DNA of 63,418 bases, the filler included, from Octopus bimaculoides (taxonomy: Eukaryota), in NCBI RefSeq assembly GCF_001194135.2. It is 6 parts of 6 records of this genome, joined end to end, with 100 filler letters (N's around TTAATTAATTAA, not from the genome) between each part and the next. Parts side by side here need not be neighbours in the genome. Positions count along the whole stretch, not along the records: positions 1 to 30,130 come from NC_068982.1; 5 more parts are not named here. One strand, 5' to 3'. This document shows, in pieces, positions 12,438 through 25,688 of the stretch (position 1 is the first letter of the stretch; each line of letters starts with the position of its first letter). The notes under the pieces were generated by a model. It made no database searches and was not told where the DNA came from. It saw only the letters and a list, made by a program, of their open reading frames with translations. The position numbers and the translations under genes were made by a program.

Positions 12438-13245
12438 NNNNNNNNNNNNNNNNNNNNNNNNNNNNNNNNNNNNNNNNNNNNNNNNNNNNNNNNNNNNNNN
12501 NNNNNNNNNNNNNNNNNNNNNNNNNNNNNNNNNNNNNNNNNNNNNNNNNNNNNNNNNNNNNNNNNNNNNNNNNNNNNNNNNNNNNNNNNNNNNNNNNNNN
12601 NNNNNNNNNNNNNNNNNNNNNNNNNNNNNNNNNNNNNNNNNNNNNNNNNNNNNNNNNNNNNNNNNNNNNNNNNNNNNNNNNNNNNNNNNNNNNNNNNNNN
12701 NNNNNNNNNNNNNNNNNNNNNNNNNNNNNNNNNNNNNNNNNNNNNNNNNNNNNNNNNNNNNNNNNNNNNNNNNNNNNNNNNNNNNNNNNNNNNNNNNNNN
12801 NNNNNNNNNNNNNNNNNNNNNNNNNNNNNNNNNNNNNNNNNNNNNNNNNNNNNNNNNNNNNNNNNNNNNNNNNNNNNNNNNNNNNNNNNNNNNNNNNNNN
12901 NNNNNNNNNNNNNNNNNNNNNNNNNNNNNNNNNNNNNNNNNNGATGGATGGATGGATGGATGGATGGATGGATGGATGGATGGATGGATGGATGGATGGA
13001 TAAGAATCAATCAAGGGGCCAGACTTTCGTTCCGAAGAACTTATCAAACTTTGCACAAGACTGTCATTGCTATAGTAACCTCAGCTAATAAATGAATTTA
13101 TATATGTGCGTATGAGTGAGAGTGTGTGAGTGGGAGAGTGAGTCTCCCTTTGTACGTTTGTGCGTTTTTGGGGTGTTTGCTAGTTTTTTCCTTGTGTGCG
13201 TATAGACATTCGTAGATTTATTGCTGTAGCCCAAAGTAATTCATG

Positions 13246-13302
<57 letters not shown>

Positions 13303-13951
13303 NNNNNNNNNNNNNNNNNNNNNNNNNNNNNNNNNNNNNNNNNNNNNNNNNNNNNNNNNNNNNNNNNNNNNNNNNNNNNNNNNNNNNNNNNNNNNNNNNN
13401 NNNNNNNNNNNNNNNNNNNNNNNNNNNNNNNNNNNNNNNNNNNNNNNNNNNNNNNNNNNNNNNNNNNNNNNNNNNNNNNNNNNNNNNNNNNNNNNNNNNN
13501 NNNNNNNNNNNNNNNNNNNNNNNNNNNNNNNNNNNNNNNNNNNNNNNNNNNNNNNNNNNNNNNNNNNNNNNNNNNNNNNNNNNNNNNNNNNNNNNNNNNN
13601 NNNNNNNNNNNNNNNNNNNNNNNNNNNNNNNNNNNNNNNNNNNNNNNNNNNNNNNNNNNNNNNNNNNNNNNNNNNNNNNNNNNNNNNNNNNNNNNNNNNN
13701 NNNNNNNNNNNNNNNNNNNNNNNNNNNNNNNNNNNNNNNNNNNNNNNNNNNNNNNNNNNNNNNNNNNNNNNNNNNNNNNNNNNNNNNNNNNNNNNNNNNN
13801 NNNNNNNNNNNNNNNNNNNNCACACACACACACACACACACACAGTAGATAAAATGTCCAATTAAATGTTCTCGTATCTTCTTGTATACAAGCATAAAGT
13901 TATGCGTATCTTCTCATTTCTCTCTACCTTTCTCTCTATCTATCTGTCTAT

Positions 13952-14000
<49 letters not shown>

Positions 14001-14819
14001 GATCTATCTATCAATCTATCTATCTCTGAGCGTATTTACATACTCACATACATATATACATAAACACATACACAGGTATACTCAGACACTTGTATTTAAA
14101 TAAATGTACTTTTGTGTACTAACCTAAATCGAAGGTACAGCATTTGGAAACTCTTTAATAACAACTTGAGTTCGATTATGAAAAGTTTCCTACTATTTGT
14201 ATATTTGGATTTCATTTTCCTTTGTTTTTTTTTGTTTTTTTTTTTTTACTGAACGCCACTTTTCCACAATCTATTAACTTTTCAAACATATGCATCCGTA
14301 TTTTTTAAATGGAATGATTTCAATAGACATATCGTCTGGTCTGGATGCTTTTATCAGTTTCTTTTGTGTACTGCATATCAGCGTTAAGGTCAGTGTTAAA
14401 TTTCTTATAACTGATTCTACACAAATTCAAAGCACCACTGTCTCAGTAATCCACTCTATGTAACTACTTGCAAATGCACCCGTCCTTCGGAGGGTTTAAA
14501 TTGCTTTGCTGGTATTTTTTTTTTCACCAGATAATTGAACTACCGAGAAGGTTTATGAGTAGCACGGCAATCTATGTTTCCGATTAACCTAGGAACGGAA
14601 AATCAAATTGAAGGCTGGTAATTGTGAAGGTCGTTACACTTCAATGACCATAGAACATATAAGTTTGCAAGCGATGCAAACAAGAGCTACTGAAGTGTTT
14701 TGGGGGTAGATTACAAATAATGACTACAAAATATAGTCGTTATACATGAAAGCGAAATTTCTTGTAAGAAACAGCTACATAAATGGTGTAATGAAATTGA
14801 AGAAGACGTTGAAACTTAC

Positions 14820-14966
14820 CCTCTGCGAGTTAATTTTTTTCAACAGCAAAGGAGCTATTTTTTCGGAGAGATAAGCTAACAGAAGCCCCTTTATTCTCTC
14901 TTCCCACATATCCTGCGCATAAACTAACAACGAATGCTGCATAAAGTTGAATTGGTATAGAGCGTT
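14820..14966 (-). CDS. Candidate internal exon (NALYQFNFMQHSLLVYAQDMWEERIKGLLLAYLSEKIAPLLLKKINSQR)
   Basis: Minus-strand acceptor tatctttcag, 147 nt open in phase 0 to 0, consensus donor AGG|GTAAGT. No recognised homology; could be a degraded element. Confidence 0.22.
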
Positions 14967-17900
14967 CTGAAAGATACGTATAGCTTTCACTAGTGGAAGC
15001 AAAACTCTTATTTAAATGTTGATTGTTTGGAACGAATCATATCTGATTGTTTAAAAGGGGCTAGAACGACAATGCTTAAACGTATTTGAAACAATGGACA
15101 ACTTTCGAATTATAATAGATTGATAAACTAAGGATGCTTATTTACCCATCCATTAAGTGAAACAACGATATCAAAGGTATCAACAAAGGTATCTGCAAAT
15201 AGAAGAGACGGAAGGGAACATCACCTTTCAAGTAACTCAGAATTGGTAAAGGCAAGCTTGCCAAAGTTTAATTCAGTTTCAATATGGGGATTAAGATTGT
15301 TTGGTACTGGATATTCATCGCGTAGTCAATATAATCCTAATCAATTTAATCACCATTCCAAGTGGACAGTCGAAATGAATAAATAGACAAAGTCCTTTCA
15401 CATTTATAAAAAAATCACTCTGGGCAAAATGTTTAGTGCATGACCATCCTTGGGGCATAAGTAATGTGTGTGTAAAGTTTGGTGAAAATCGGTTGGGAAT
15501 TGTGCAAATGTATGTTTTAGTCCTTATACACTCACATACTGTGATTTATATATACTAGATAAACAAGTATCATACGGTTATATATTTTCTCTCATTGCAA
15601 CTGTCTCAAGTGATGAGTTGCGATGAACTTATTTCATCTAGTTCAAAGGTAGCGTTCGGTATACTAGTAACATATCTTATCGTATGGAATATTTCTCGTT
15701 CAGTAAGTCTCACAAAACGTATCTTGTCGATCTTTAAAATTACAAAGAAGTATTGGAAATCTCAGTCTTTGATAGCGTAGGTATGAGTTAAAGATTTGAT
15801 AATTTTATCTGGCCTGGTGTTGAAAGTAGGATTTCTCGGTTCAACTTGAGGAGGGAATAAATATTATTTTGATAATTATGAGTTTGTAAAGTGAACATAA
15901 ATTTACAGTTATTGAAAGAATTCTAACGTTGTACAACGGTATTTATCTCGATCGTTTCTGTGACATCTGATATCCACAGTATCGTTTTCTGGAATATGAC
16001 TTTGAAATCATCTTCTATTTGGATTCGTTGCAGGCACCTCTGTGATCGAATTTGGCAACACATTCCAACCAATTAAAAGTGAACGTCATATGAAATATTT
16101 TGGAGATGGATAAATGTCTCTTCAAATACTGTGATTAATACCTTCTGTTTAATCATTTCAGATAAAGAAACCTATGCATAGTTACGTATTCTAGCACTAG
16201 GCGTTTTCTCTGCACCACATCTTTTAATCCACGCATAAGCTATCAAAGACTATAGTTACCAGTGCGTCTTTCAATTTATAAAGGTAGGCAAGGTACGTTT
16301 TAAGGGGGATTTAGTTACAATTTATAGCTGTTTGAACGACAATACACGACCACTTATTAGTTTGATTATTAATTTTTATTTTCATATCAAATGATGAAAC
16401 TTCTTCAGTATGCAAGACGTTAGCAGATTTGGAGACTCTAAACTAATACATACACGCCAAAACTATGAACATGCAATACAGGTTTATAAAATCTGGCATT
16501 TTATATAAATAAATTCTATCTCTGTCAGTGACTTTCATCCCTTTACTGTATTTTTAATTAAATGGCAATTTTTCAAGCAAACCAGAATATCTTATATATT
16601 AAATTTAGAAAACTCAACAATTTAGTACTTGTACGTGTAATTTCTGCACGGAAATAATTTACCGTTAAAAATTTTTGTACGTTTATACAATTTAGAAATT
16701 AGAAGAAATTAGATTTGCAATTCATCTGAAATTAATATAAACAAATCAACTAGCTGCATAATGTTTTCGTTTTTTAATCTTTACGCCAGATATTATTAAC
16801 ATGGAATTGAAAAAACATTATTTGTTGACTCTTTCCATTTTGTTTACCATTCGTGTTTTTACTTCCAAATTTCACTAGTTTTGGATGTGTTTCTTTGCAA
16901 AGGCAACGACGTAATTTTCTAAATTATTGACCTTAGCAATTACGGAAGGCACGGATTAACCATAAAATAATATAAGCACGTACTTAGGACACCAGGGGAA
17001 GGGGGGAGGGCAAAGAAATTATTTCTACTGCTGAAGTTAACATGGTTCAAATTGTAAAATATAAGATTTAAAAAATAAACAACAAACAAGTGTTGAAAAT
17101 TTTAATTTTTCCTGGTATTCAGTTTATAAGTAAATTATTAGCATATATTGATTACTGCTACTTGGTATTTATCAAATAATATTAAAAATATAGTTAGTTT
17201 TAATATAACCGTGAGTTATTCCTACAGCATTGTCTAGAAGAAAACTGAAATTTTCTTCTATTATTTCACATTTAGCATTTATAATACCTTAACATCATAT
17301 CTGATAGTCAATGGAACGGTCCAGGTAATGTTGTGTTTTGGGGAAGACCATTTTGGAGAGACCTAATTCATCATATTTGCTGCTGCAAAGAGAGCTGAAA
17401 GAAAGAATATGAAGGAATGATTTGTAGCTGTTCTTGTCGTCCTCATCTTCTCCTTGATTTTTCATCGTCGTTGTCGTTGCTGCTGTTGTTGTCTTGATCG
17501 AGGTCAGCTTTGATCGAACAGATCTGAGATGAAACACGATTGAAGCATAATAACCCTATTTCTTTTAAGGAAATTCTCTGCTTCACTGAGGGAGACTTCA
17601 TTGTGAAATCTAGATATTTGAAGCTCCTTATTGAGCATCTTCATTATTGCTGTTACTGCCGCTACTAGTTTTTCCCTTTATATTTGGTTCAGCTCTGATC
17701 AAGCAAATCTTTGAAAAAAGCTTCAACTGCTTTTTTATTGCACCCAGGGGGCACATAATCTGCAGTGTTTACAAACGTGGTTCTGAAACCTGCGGGTTAG
17801 ATGGGGCGGTTAAATTATTTCCCCTTGGAAAGAATTTAACCAAGGGGAAATTATTTCCCTTTGGAAACAATTTAACCCCCTTTCGTTCAAAACATATTTT

Positions 17901-19116
17901 ATACGGTTATATCTGTGGATGATGTACTGAGGAAACACAAGTGGACACCTTGTCCAGCCCTGCAACACTTCCTTTCATTTACCACCTCTATATTGGTACT
18001 AATTTTTCACGTTTGAAAGGTTGAAAAGTAACGTAACCTACGCAGATTTGAACTCAGGGCTCAGTACTATAGAGCAAATACCATAAGGCATTCTATCCAT
18101 ACATCTCCAAAATTTTTCACGAAGAGAAACACACAATTTCTTAAATGAAAATGAGATGGCCATGGCTGGAATGCTTTTGATCATAGTTCTACTCAACCAG
18201 GCTAACCAGGAGCTGATGAAAAGCAAATCTAACATCTTTTCATAATCTAACCCATGAAGGTGACTCCGTAAGATCGATTTCCCTGCAATATAAGCTAAAT
18301 ACTTTCTTCAAATCACGCTTGAATCTGAATCTTTTTCATATGGTCGACTATAAAGGTAATTTAGTGCTGCATAAATTATAGTCGATGGGCAAAGATGGAA
18401 ATTCTCTAATGATAGGTATCTTTGATAAGTGAGAAGATAGGCAGCAAAATCTACAACAACCAAACATATGCGGTTCCAATGGATTAATCTTCCTCACAAA
18501 ATATTCTTCTAGTTTAGAGTTTCTACGTGCAATAATTCTCTATAATCAGCTTTATAGAAACGCCTTGTTCCAAATGAAATTAATGTACTTAATTTTTCGT
18601 TGTTTCTTTAATATTTCTTTCCTAATCTGTGAGGTGCTTCAGTACATTTGCTTTATGCAAGAGTTTGTTTCTTCAACATGGTTAATCCAGCGTCTTAAAA
18701 TTCATCTCAAGGCACATGGACAAGATGTTAAGATAATGCATCACGATTAAATGGTAGCCAGTTTGATTATGGAATCCGAGCAGGGTTTGTGGTGTCCTTA
18801 TGTTAGGTACTCTATTTCAAAATATCCCAGTAAGTTCGTCTGAAAATGAATAATAGCCATAGAGTTAAACTTGTGACAGACTGGAGTTCCATTCAGAATA
18901 TTCTACTCTCGGACCCAATGCCTTGACAAATCGAATAATCTCCGTATACATGAAACTATAGGCTCAAAGTAAAGTTTTAGACCGTTATAGAACAACAAAT
19001 AAACCAATTGTAAATATGACACGTCTTTGTATATTTGCATTATTGTTTGGATGCTATCATCTATTTGATATATAATTGGAACGATCTCAATCTTGTAATT
19101 TATGTCCTTATTAAAC

Positions 19117-19128
19117 TCTTATATTAAC

Positions 19129-19187
<59 letters not shown>

Positions 19188-19242
19188 TAATAATAATAAT
19201 GATGATGATGATGATGATGATAATAATAATAATAATAGTAGC

Positions 19243-19315
<73 letters not shown>

Positions 19316-19402
19316 NNNNNNNNNNNNNNNNNNNNNNNNNNNNNTAATAATAATGATGATGATGATGATGATGATGATGATAATAATAATAATAATAGTA
19401 GC

Positions 19403-19479
<77 letters not shown>

Positions 19480-19579
19480 AGCAACCATAAGAGCATCACA
19501 GCAAACCACAGCACATACCCAAGGCACACAGAGCTGCGCTCGGTAGTGAAGTGAAAGCACGCTATAAAAATAAATATAG

Positions 19580-19672
<93 letters not shown>

Positions 19673-19686
19673 GTAATAATAATAAT
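19117..19686. repeat. (AAT)n/(GAT)n microsatellite tract with a 100-bp unique island
   Basis: Seen directly; island at 19479-19581. Confidence 0.95.
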
Positions 19687-20772
19687 AAATTTTATAGAGA
19701 AATTGGCTAAAGCAAGATAGAAATAAAGGAGCCACCTAAGACTGAGGAAATGGAAGAGTTCTGGAAGAAGATATGGAGCAACAATAAAGTCTGGATGAAG
19801 TCGAAGAGGAAGAGATGGGAAGCAACAGGAGGAGAAGATCTAAGATGTGTTCTTAGAAAGTCTCGCAGATGGAAAACCCCAGGACTGGACCGGATCCCTA
19901 ACTTCTGGCTCAATTGCTTGACTGAAATACACCAACATTTTGCTGCATCTCTAACTGATGACATCTATAACCCAGACCAAATACCTGTCTGACTGACCGA
20001 AAGAACAACATACCTTCTATCCAAAACTAGAGACACGAAAAATTCAAAGAACTACTGACCAATAACATGTCCCAACACCACCTACAAGATCCTCACATCC
20101 ATACTAACTGAAAGAATATACACTTTCCTTGAACAGAACTCTATCCTTCCACAAGCTCAAAAAGTTTGTAAAAGGACTTGTTATGGATTCAAAGATCAAT
20201 TACTCATAGATAAAATGATTATAGAGGATTGCCGAAACAAAAAAGAACCTGAGTATGGCATGGATAGACTACAGGAAAGCGTTCGATAGTATCTCACATA
20301 ACTGGCTACTCAAGGCTCTTGAGATATATAACAACTCTCCTGTCGTCTCCAAATTCTTACAAGGTAGCATGGCCAAGTGGAATACACGTCTCCTGCTACG
20401 CCATAGTAATGGGATGAGCCAATCTAACAACATCAACATCAACATCAAAGGAGGCATCTTACAAGGTGATTCCCTCTCTCCATTACTCTTTTGCATGGCT
20501 CTAATCCCACCCTCAAATGAACTAAGTAACACCAGGTATGTATTCACAGTGTATTATATCATAGTAAACCATCTGTTTAATATGGACGCTCTGAAGCTGT
20601 TTGCTAGAAATAACGAAAAGCTAGATGGGCTGTTAACAACGGTTAAAGAGTTCAGCAATGACATCGGGATGGATTTTGGCTTTAATACGTGTGCTAAAGC
20701 AACTTTAGTAAGAGGCAAGCTCAGACAAACAACTCCCATGAAATCAGATACAGATACTACCATCAAGGAGGT
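19687..20772 (+). mobile_element. R4/Dong-like non-LTR retrotransposon, RT fragment (pseudogenised)
   Basis: KFYREIG, EEFWKKIWS, WKTPGLDRIPNFWL, PITCPNTTYKILTSILTERIY, KDQLLIDKMI, AWIDYRKAFDSISHNWL, GILQGDSLSPLLFCMAL and HLFNMDALKLFA (degenerate YMDD box). Begins directly after an (AAT)n run and is truncated at the 3' side. Clade assigned from motif memory. Confidence 0.8.
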
Positions 20773-20824
20773 GGTATACATCCCCTGTTTCCGTTATTTC
20801 GCCGACTTTATGCCTGTCAAATGT

Positions 20825-20985
20825 AGAGGCGTAATGGCCCAGTGGCTAGGGCAGCGGACTCGCAGTCGGGGGATCGCGGTCTCGATTCCCAGACCGGGCG
20901 TTGTGAGTGTTTAGTGAGTGAAAACACCTAAAACTTCCACGAGGCTCCGGCAAGTGGTGGTGGTGACGACCCCTGTTGTACTCTT
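20825..20985 (+). mobile_element. SINE family C, 5' part, running into gap
   Basis: Close match to 10721-10880. Confidence 0.85.
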
Positions 20986-21286
20986 NNNNNNNNNNNNNNN
21001 NNNNNNNNNNNNNNNNNNNNNNNNNNNNNNNNNNNNNNNNNNNNNNNNNNNNNNNNNNNNNNNNNNNNNNNNNNNNNNNNNNNNNNNNNNNNNNNNNNNN
21101 NNNNNNNNNNNNNNNNNNNNNNNNNNNNNNNNNNNNNNNNNNNNNNNNNNNNNNNNNNNNNNNNNNNNNNNNNNNNNNNNNNNNNNNNNNNNNNNNNNNN
21201 NNNNNNNNNNNNNNNNNNNNNNNNNNNNNNNNNNNNNNNNNNNNNNNNNNNNNNNNNNNNNNNNNNNNNNNNNNNNNNNNNNNNNN

Positions 21287-21332
<46 letters not shown>

Positions 21333-22335
21333 TATAGGTGTGTATATTTCTGTGGTAATGGCTAAATGTGTGCGCTTTTAAGTGTATATGTGTTTGCGTG
21401 CGCGTATGTAAATGTCCATATGTGCGTGATGGAATAATGTGTCCTTCAGAACTAGACTAGGATTGTGATATAGAGGATATTCGTTCTTCAATTGTCGATG
21501 TTTATCCAACTTGGCAACCTTCGAGATATAAACGGAAAACGACACCGAAAGCTATCATTTGTCACTAAAGACGCGTCTGATATTAACAATTATTATTCTG
21601 GTTGTCAAATTTCAGTTAACAGTTTCCTTGATTTTGGTTTCATGTCCATAAACGTCTTTATTCGGGTGATTTTATACAAAACAAAATATTGTACGCCCAC
21701 CGTCACACCAAACAACCAGAACCAGAACATTTGTTTGAATACAATACTAAATCTATTCGTGACGACTGAACATTTTTCTTCCTTTTTTTTTTCTTTTGAG
21801 AGTAGTAAAGCTGATAACGCTATCTGTCATGCCTTCTTCTTTCGACGCAGTTGTAGTCGTGTGTTCGTGCGTATAAGAAGTCCTTTTCTCGATCAGATTA
21901 GAATTTCGATCCTAATGAACACGCACTCAGTTTTATTGTAACATCTCAACGATCCAAGTCTTGTGAAGTTAATTTGGTTTGACAGAAACCATATAGAAGT
22001 CCATCAACAGACTTAACACGAACCTAAGTTGACACCTTCGTGGAATCTTTGGGTTTTAGGCAGAGTCCATTCTGATACAAGTATTCAGAATGTGTTTTGG
22101 CCTCAGGACAACATGTTCTTCCCCTCTTGCTGTCAGCAGATTATAACTTAGACTCAGTATTACAAACTAAGAAAATCTTGTCCTGGTAGCGTGGGTCCTT
22201 CGTTCAACCTTTCTGCTTTTAATGTTAAGATGTTATTTTATTCGGGTTGAGATTTCGCATACATTTTTTTGTTATAATGATCTCTAACATATTTAATTTT
22301 TCCGTTGAGGATATTACCATGAAATTATTCCTACT

Positions 22336-22720
22336 GACGCAGGGGTGGCCGTGTGGTAAGTAACTTGCTTACCAACCACATGGTTCTGGGTTCAGTCCCA
22401 CTGCGTGGCAGCTTGGGCATGTGTTTTCTGCTATAGCCTCGGGACGACCAAAGCCTTGTGGGTGGATTTGGTTGACGGAAACTGAAAGACTGAAGATGGA
22501 ATATACGGGAATTTATTATTAATCACGACAATTGTTTCGAAACATCTAGCATCGATCCCTCATTGGTGGTACACTCAGCAGCTGGTATATGTATTTGACT
22601 GTGTGTCGGTATTTGTCCCCTCACCATCACTTGGTGTGTTTCCGTCCCATTTAACTCGACTGGCCCCTCCCGAAAAATTTCGGGCCTAGAATAGAAAAGA
22701 ATATTCTTGCACTGAGTAAT
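22336..22720 (+). mobile_element. SINE family A, degenerate
   Basis: gtggccgtgtggtaagtaacttgcttaccaaccacatggttctgggttcagtcccactgcgtggca head matches 35995. Confidence 0.8.
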
Positions 22721-22930
22721 GAGCTGGGCTGGCAAAATCATTGGCACACCGGGAAAAATGCTTCGCGGTATTTCGTCCGTCTTTACGTTCTGAGTTCAAA
22801 TTCCGCTGAGGTTGACTTTGCCTTTCATCCTTTCGGGATCGATAAATTAAGAACCAGTTGCGTACTGGGGTCGATCTAATCGACTAGCTCCTCCTCCAAA
22901 ATGTTGGGCCTTGTGTCCAGAGTAGAAAAG
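22721..22930 (+). mobile_element. SINE family B, variant tail
   Basis: cggtatttcgtccgtctttacgttctgagttcaaattcc and tttgcctttcatcctttcggg match 42438; the 3' tail differs. Confidence 0.85.
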
Positions 22931-23139
22931 ACTTAGATGCTCTCTTTTGTTTATTTTCATTACGCTTTAAATATATTTGTGACTAAATAAACGCTTAGAT
23001 ATTTGAGACGAGTTAATGTCAAAATTATTATAATTTTTCCAGTTATTAAATTCCTTTCCGAAATCTGGATCTAGAAATACGAAAATGTGTTCGCCTTTCA
23101 AAATATTTTTGGTAATACTTCGTAATTGTGTACTAATTA

Positions 23140-23540
23140 GGCGTAGGAATGGCTGTGTGGTAAGTAACTTGCTTACCAACCACATGGTTCCGGGTTCAGT
23201 CCCACTGCGTGGCACCTAGCCTTGTGAGTGGATTTGGCACCAAAGCCTTGTGAGTGGATTTGGTAGAGGGAAACTGAAAGAAGCCTGTCGTATATATGTA
23301 TATATATATATATATGTGTGTGTATGTGTGCGTGTATATGCTTGTGTCCGTGTTTGTCCCCACAACATCGCTTGACAACCGATGCCTGTGTGCATACGTC
23401 CCCATAACTTAGCGGCTCGGCAAAAGAGAACGATAGAATAAGTACTAGGCTTAGAAGGAATAAGTCCTGGGGTCGATTTGCTCGACTAAAGGCGGTGCTC
23501 CAGCATGGCCAAGTCAAATGACTGAAACAAGTAAAAGAGT
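23140..23540 (+). mobile_element. SINE family A, full length with small internal duplication
   Basis: Matches 35995-36402; agccttgtgagtggatttgg occurs twice around 23218-23263. Confidence 0.9.
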
Positions 23541-25058
23541 GAAAACGTTGTCACTGTTGCTGTTGCTATTGTTGTTGCTGCTGCTGCTGCTTCTGGCGTT
23601 GTTGCATCTGATGATGCGACTTAATTTACATATGCCTTGTTTGAGCAAAACCTATGGCCAAAGGCCTTCTTACTAATCACTTCATCCGTTTCAAAATGGT
23701 TGGGTTTGAGTTAAAGGAGTTTCGGCTATCGTAAAAAGTATGCGATGATTAACTGGAAACTGGAAACCTTTCACTGTAGATCTGCTCAATCAGACACTGC
23801 TATTTATATCAGGACAAACTACGTAGCGGTTCACTTACGCTAGCTATTTTTATATCAGGTAAATATTGCTTCTTTTTTTTTTATTATTTTCCTTTGGTGT
23901 GGAACGCAGTCTGTTCCAAGAGCTTGCCATTTCGTAGTTCTATACGGTAACTATATAATTGTCTCCGTATATATTACGAGTTTAGTTCTGAAGTTTTGTT
24001 TTATACTTTCTTAAACATGTTATTCCATCATTTTCTATCAACGCTTTTCCTTCAAAATACATCTATTTCTTATTTATGGTTACTTCTATTTCTTTTTTAA
24101 ACAATCATTTCCACATGCTGTTTGTTGCTGGTGATAAAGTGTTCATTTTGGTCATAAAAACCTTTACTGCTTCTCATATCTACAAATTCTTTGTGAATTT
24201 ACAGAGAACTTTTACTTCAATCATGTTTAAACTTTGGGGATTTCTGTTGCTTATTTTCTTATTTCTTATTTATGTAAAAACTGTTTTTTTTATTACAGAA
24301 GAGAAATATTTTAAATGCAGTTTTTTAATGTTTTTTTTCTCTTTTCCTGTTTTGTTTGTTTTCGTCAGTATTTATTTTTTATAATTCCAGGTTGGCTATT
24401 GTTCCATGCTATTAACTGATTTGTGGGTTTTCATCTATCATATATGAGAGTTTTCAAAGTTTTCTGTTTGTTAACTGTTGATGTTGCTGTGTGATAACTA
24501 CGACTGTTGTTTGATCCTGTAGATTTTCATATTGGTATCTCATCCTACATTGCCACAGTTAACGACCATATTTTTTACTCTTTAATTAGATTTTCCCATT
24601 GGGAGAGTTTTGCATTTTTCCATGTATAGATTAACTTTAATTCTTTCGTTATCTCCTCCCTTTAGTTATATATTCTGTTGTGTTTATATTTTCGCTGGAT
24701 CTTCGTTATATTATACATCTTGTCAATATCCCGTGGCTACGCACTACGGTTTGTTGTTTTCAGTTGTAGGCTTGCAAAGATGTTGTTTTGCTTACATTAA
24801 ATGCATCTTTCTTCTGTCTTTCCCCTATTCATTTATTTAATCATTATTTTATTTATTTTCTATTTGTTTCGTATTTTTTCCTTTTTTTTTTCTAATTTCA
24901 TTAGTTTGTTTCTTCATAGCGTATGATTTCGTTATGTATACATACTTTTAACCCTCCTATTTCTAAACTTGATATTTTGTGTGCACTACAACTAAATATA
25001 TCTGCAACACCCAACACATCAAACCATCAGAAAATTAGGTGCCTCTGTTTTTGTTCAG

Positions 25059-25115
25059 TTCGCTTGATTGATTACATGAATGTCGCCTGTAGCACCACAG
25101 AAACTGCTGAAGCTA
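25059..25115 (+). CDS. Candidate penultimate exon (RLIDYMNVACSTTETAEA)
   Basis: Acceptor ctctgtttttgttcag, 57 nt in phase 1 to 1, weak donor cta|gtaaat. Frame-compatible with the 25534 exon. Confidence 0.25.
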
Positions 25116-25533
25116 GTAAATCCAAATCACTTCATCAATGATTACTAATCAAATATAAAAACTAGAATGTTTTGCTTGTTCAAAAATGCTGTTGTAGTTT
25201 TTTCTTAATGTTATTTTTTTTTCTTTTTGCAAGTCTTATCTTGTTTATTTATTGCCTCTTTTTTTCTTTTTCTTTTTTTTTTTTGCAAGTTATTTTGATA
25301 CATGCTGAGTCAGCTGCAGGTTAAAAGAGAAAAACTAAATCGGTTACACACAAAAAGGAAAATTATATATAATAGAAATACGTCCATCTTCAAAAATACC
25401 GGTACTTGACGCTGTTGTTTACCCTCAGGTCAGCACTGATTAACATATTTTAGCCATCACCATACCATTTTTTTTTACACGTATTGTATATCAAGAACTA
25501 TATTTTTCAATATATCACTCATGTTTTTTCCAG

Positions 25534-25688
25534 ATGATAGGATGGAGTATGTGGAAGGTTCCGCTTCTGATTCCCGTAGTGTGAGCGAACGCATAAAGTT
25601 CTTCCTGTATTGGTTCGTTCTTGTTGTTGTGATATTTGCTGGCGTTTCTGTCTTGTGTGCGTTGCTTCTCAGCTTCAAATTAGCTTAA
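25534..25688 (+). CDS. Putative terminal coding exon with C-terminal transmembrane helix, unknown gene
   Basis: Acceptor atgttttttccag, phase 1, reads DRMEYVEGSASDSRSVSERIKFFLYWFVLVVVIFAGVSVLCALLLSFKLA then TAA. About 26 hydrophobic residues, not microsatellite-derived, in non-repetitive sequence. AATAAA hexamers lie downstream near 26255 and 26422-26437. Confidence 0.45.

Noticed and set aside
17430-17770. Minus-strand exon-like frames ICSIKADLDQD and DYVPPGCNKKAVEAFF
   Set aside because: The core gatctg.tcgatca.agctga recurs at 17690 and 23779 and is followed by (AAC)-like tails, so it is an interspersed repeat.
21492-21941. 149-aa + ORF and a minus-strand tail DRNSNLIEKRT
   Set aside because: No motif or splice support; composition is typical of AT-rich noncoding DNA.
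23780-23858. Exon with good acceptor and donor (ICSIRHCYLYQ)
   Set aside because: Starts within the same repeat motif as the 17430-17770 region.
25475-25678. Minus ORF KLRSNAHKTETPAN
   Set aside because: Antisense shadow of the better-supported + strand exon; it lacks a convincing acceptor.
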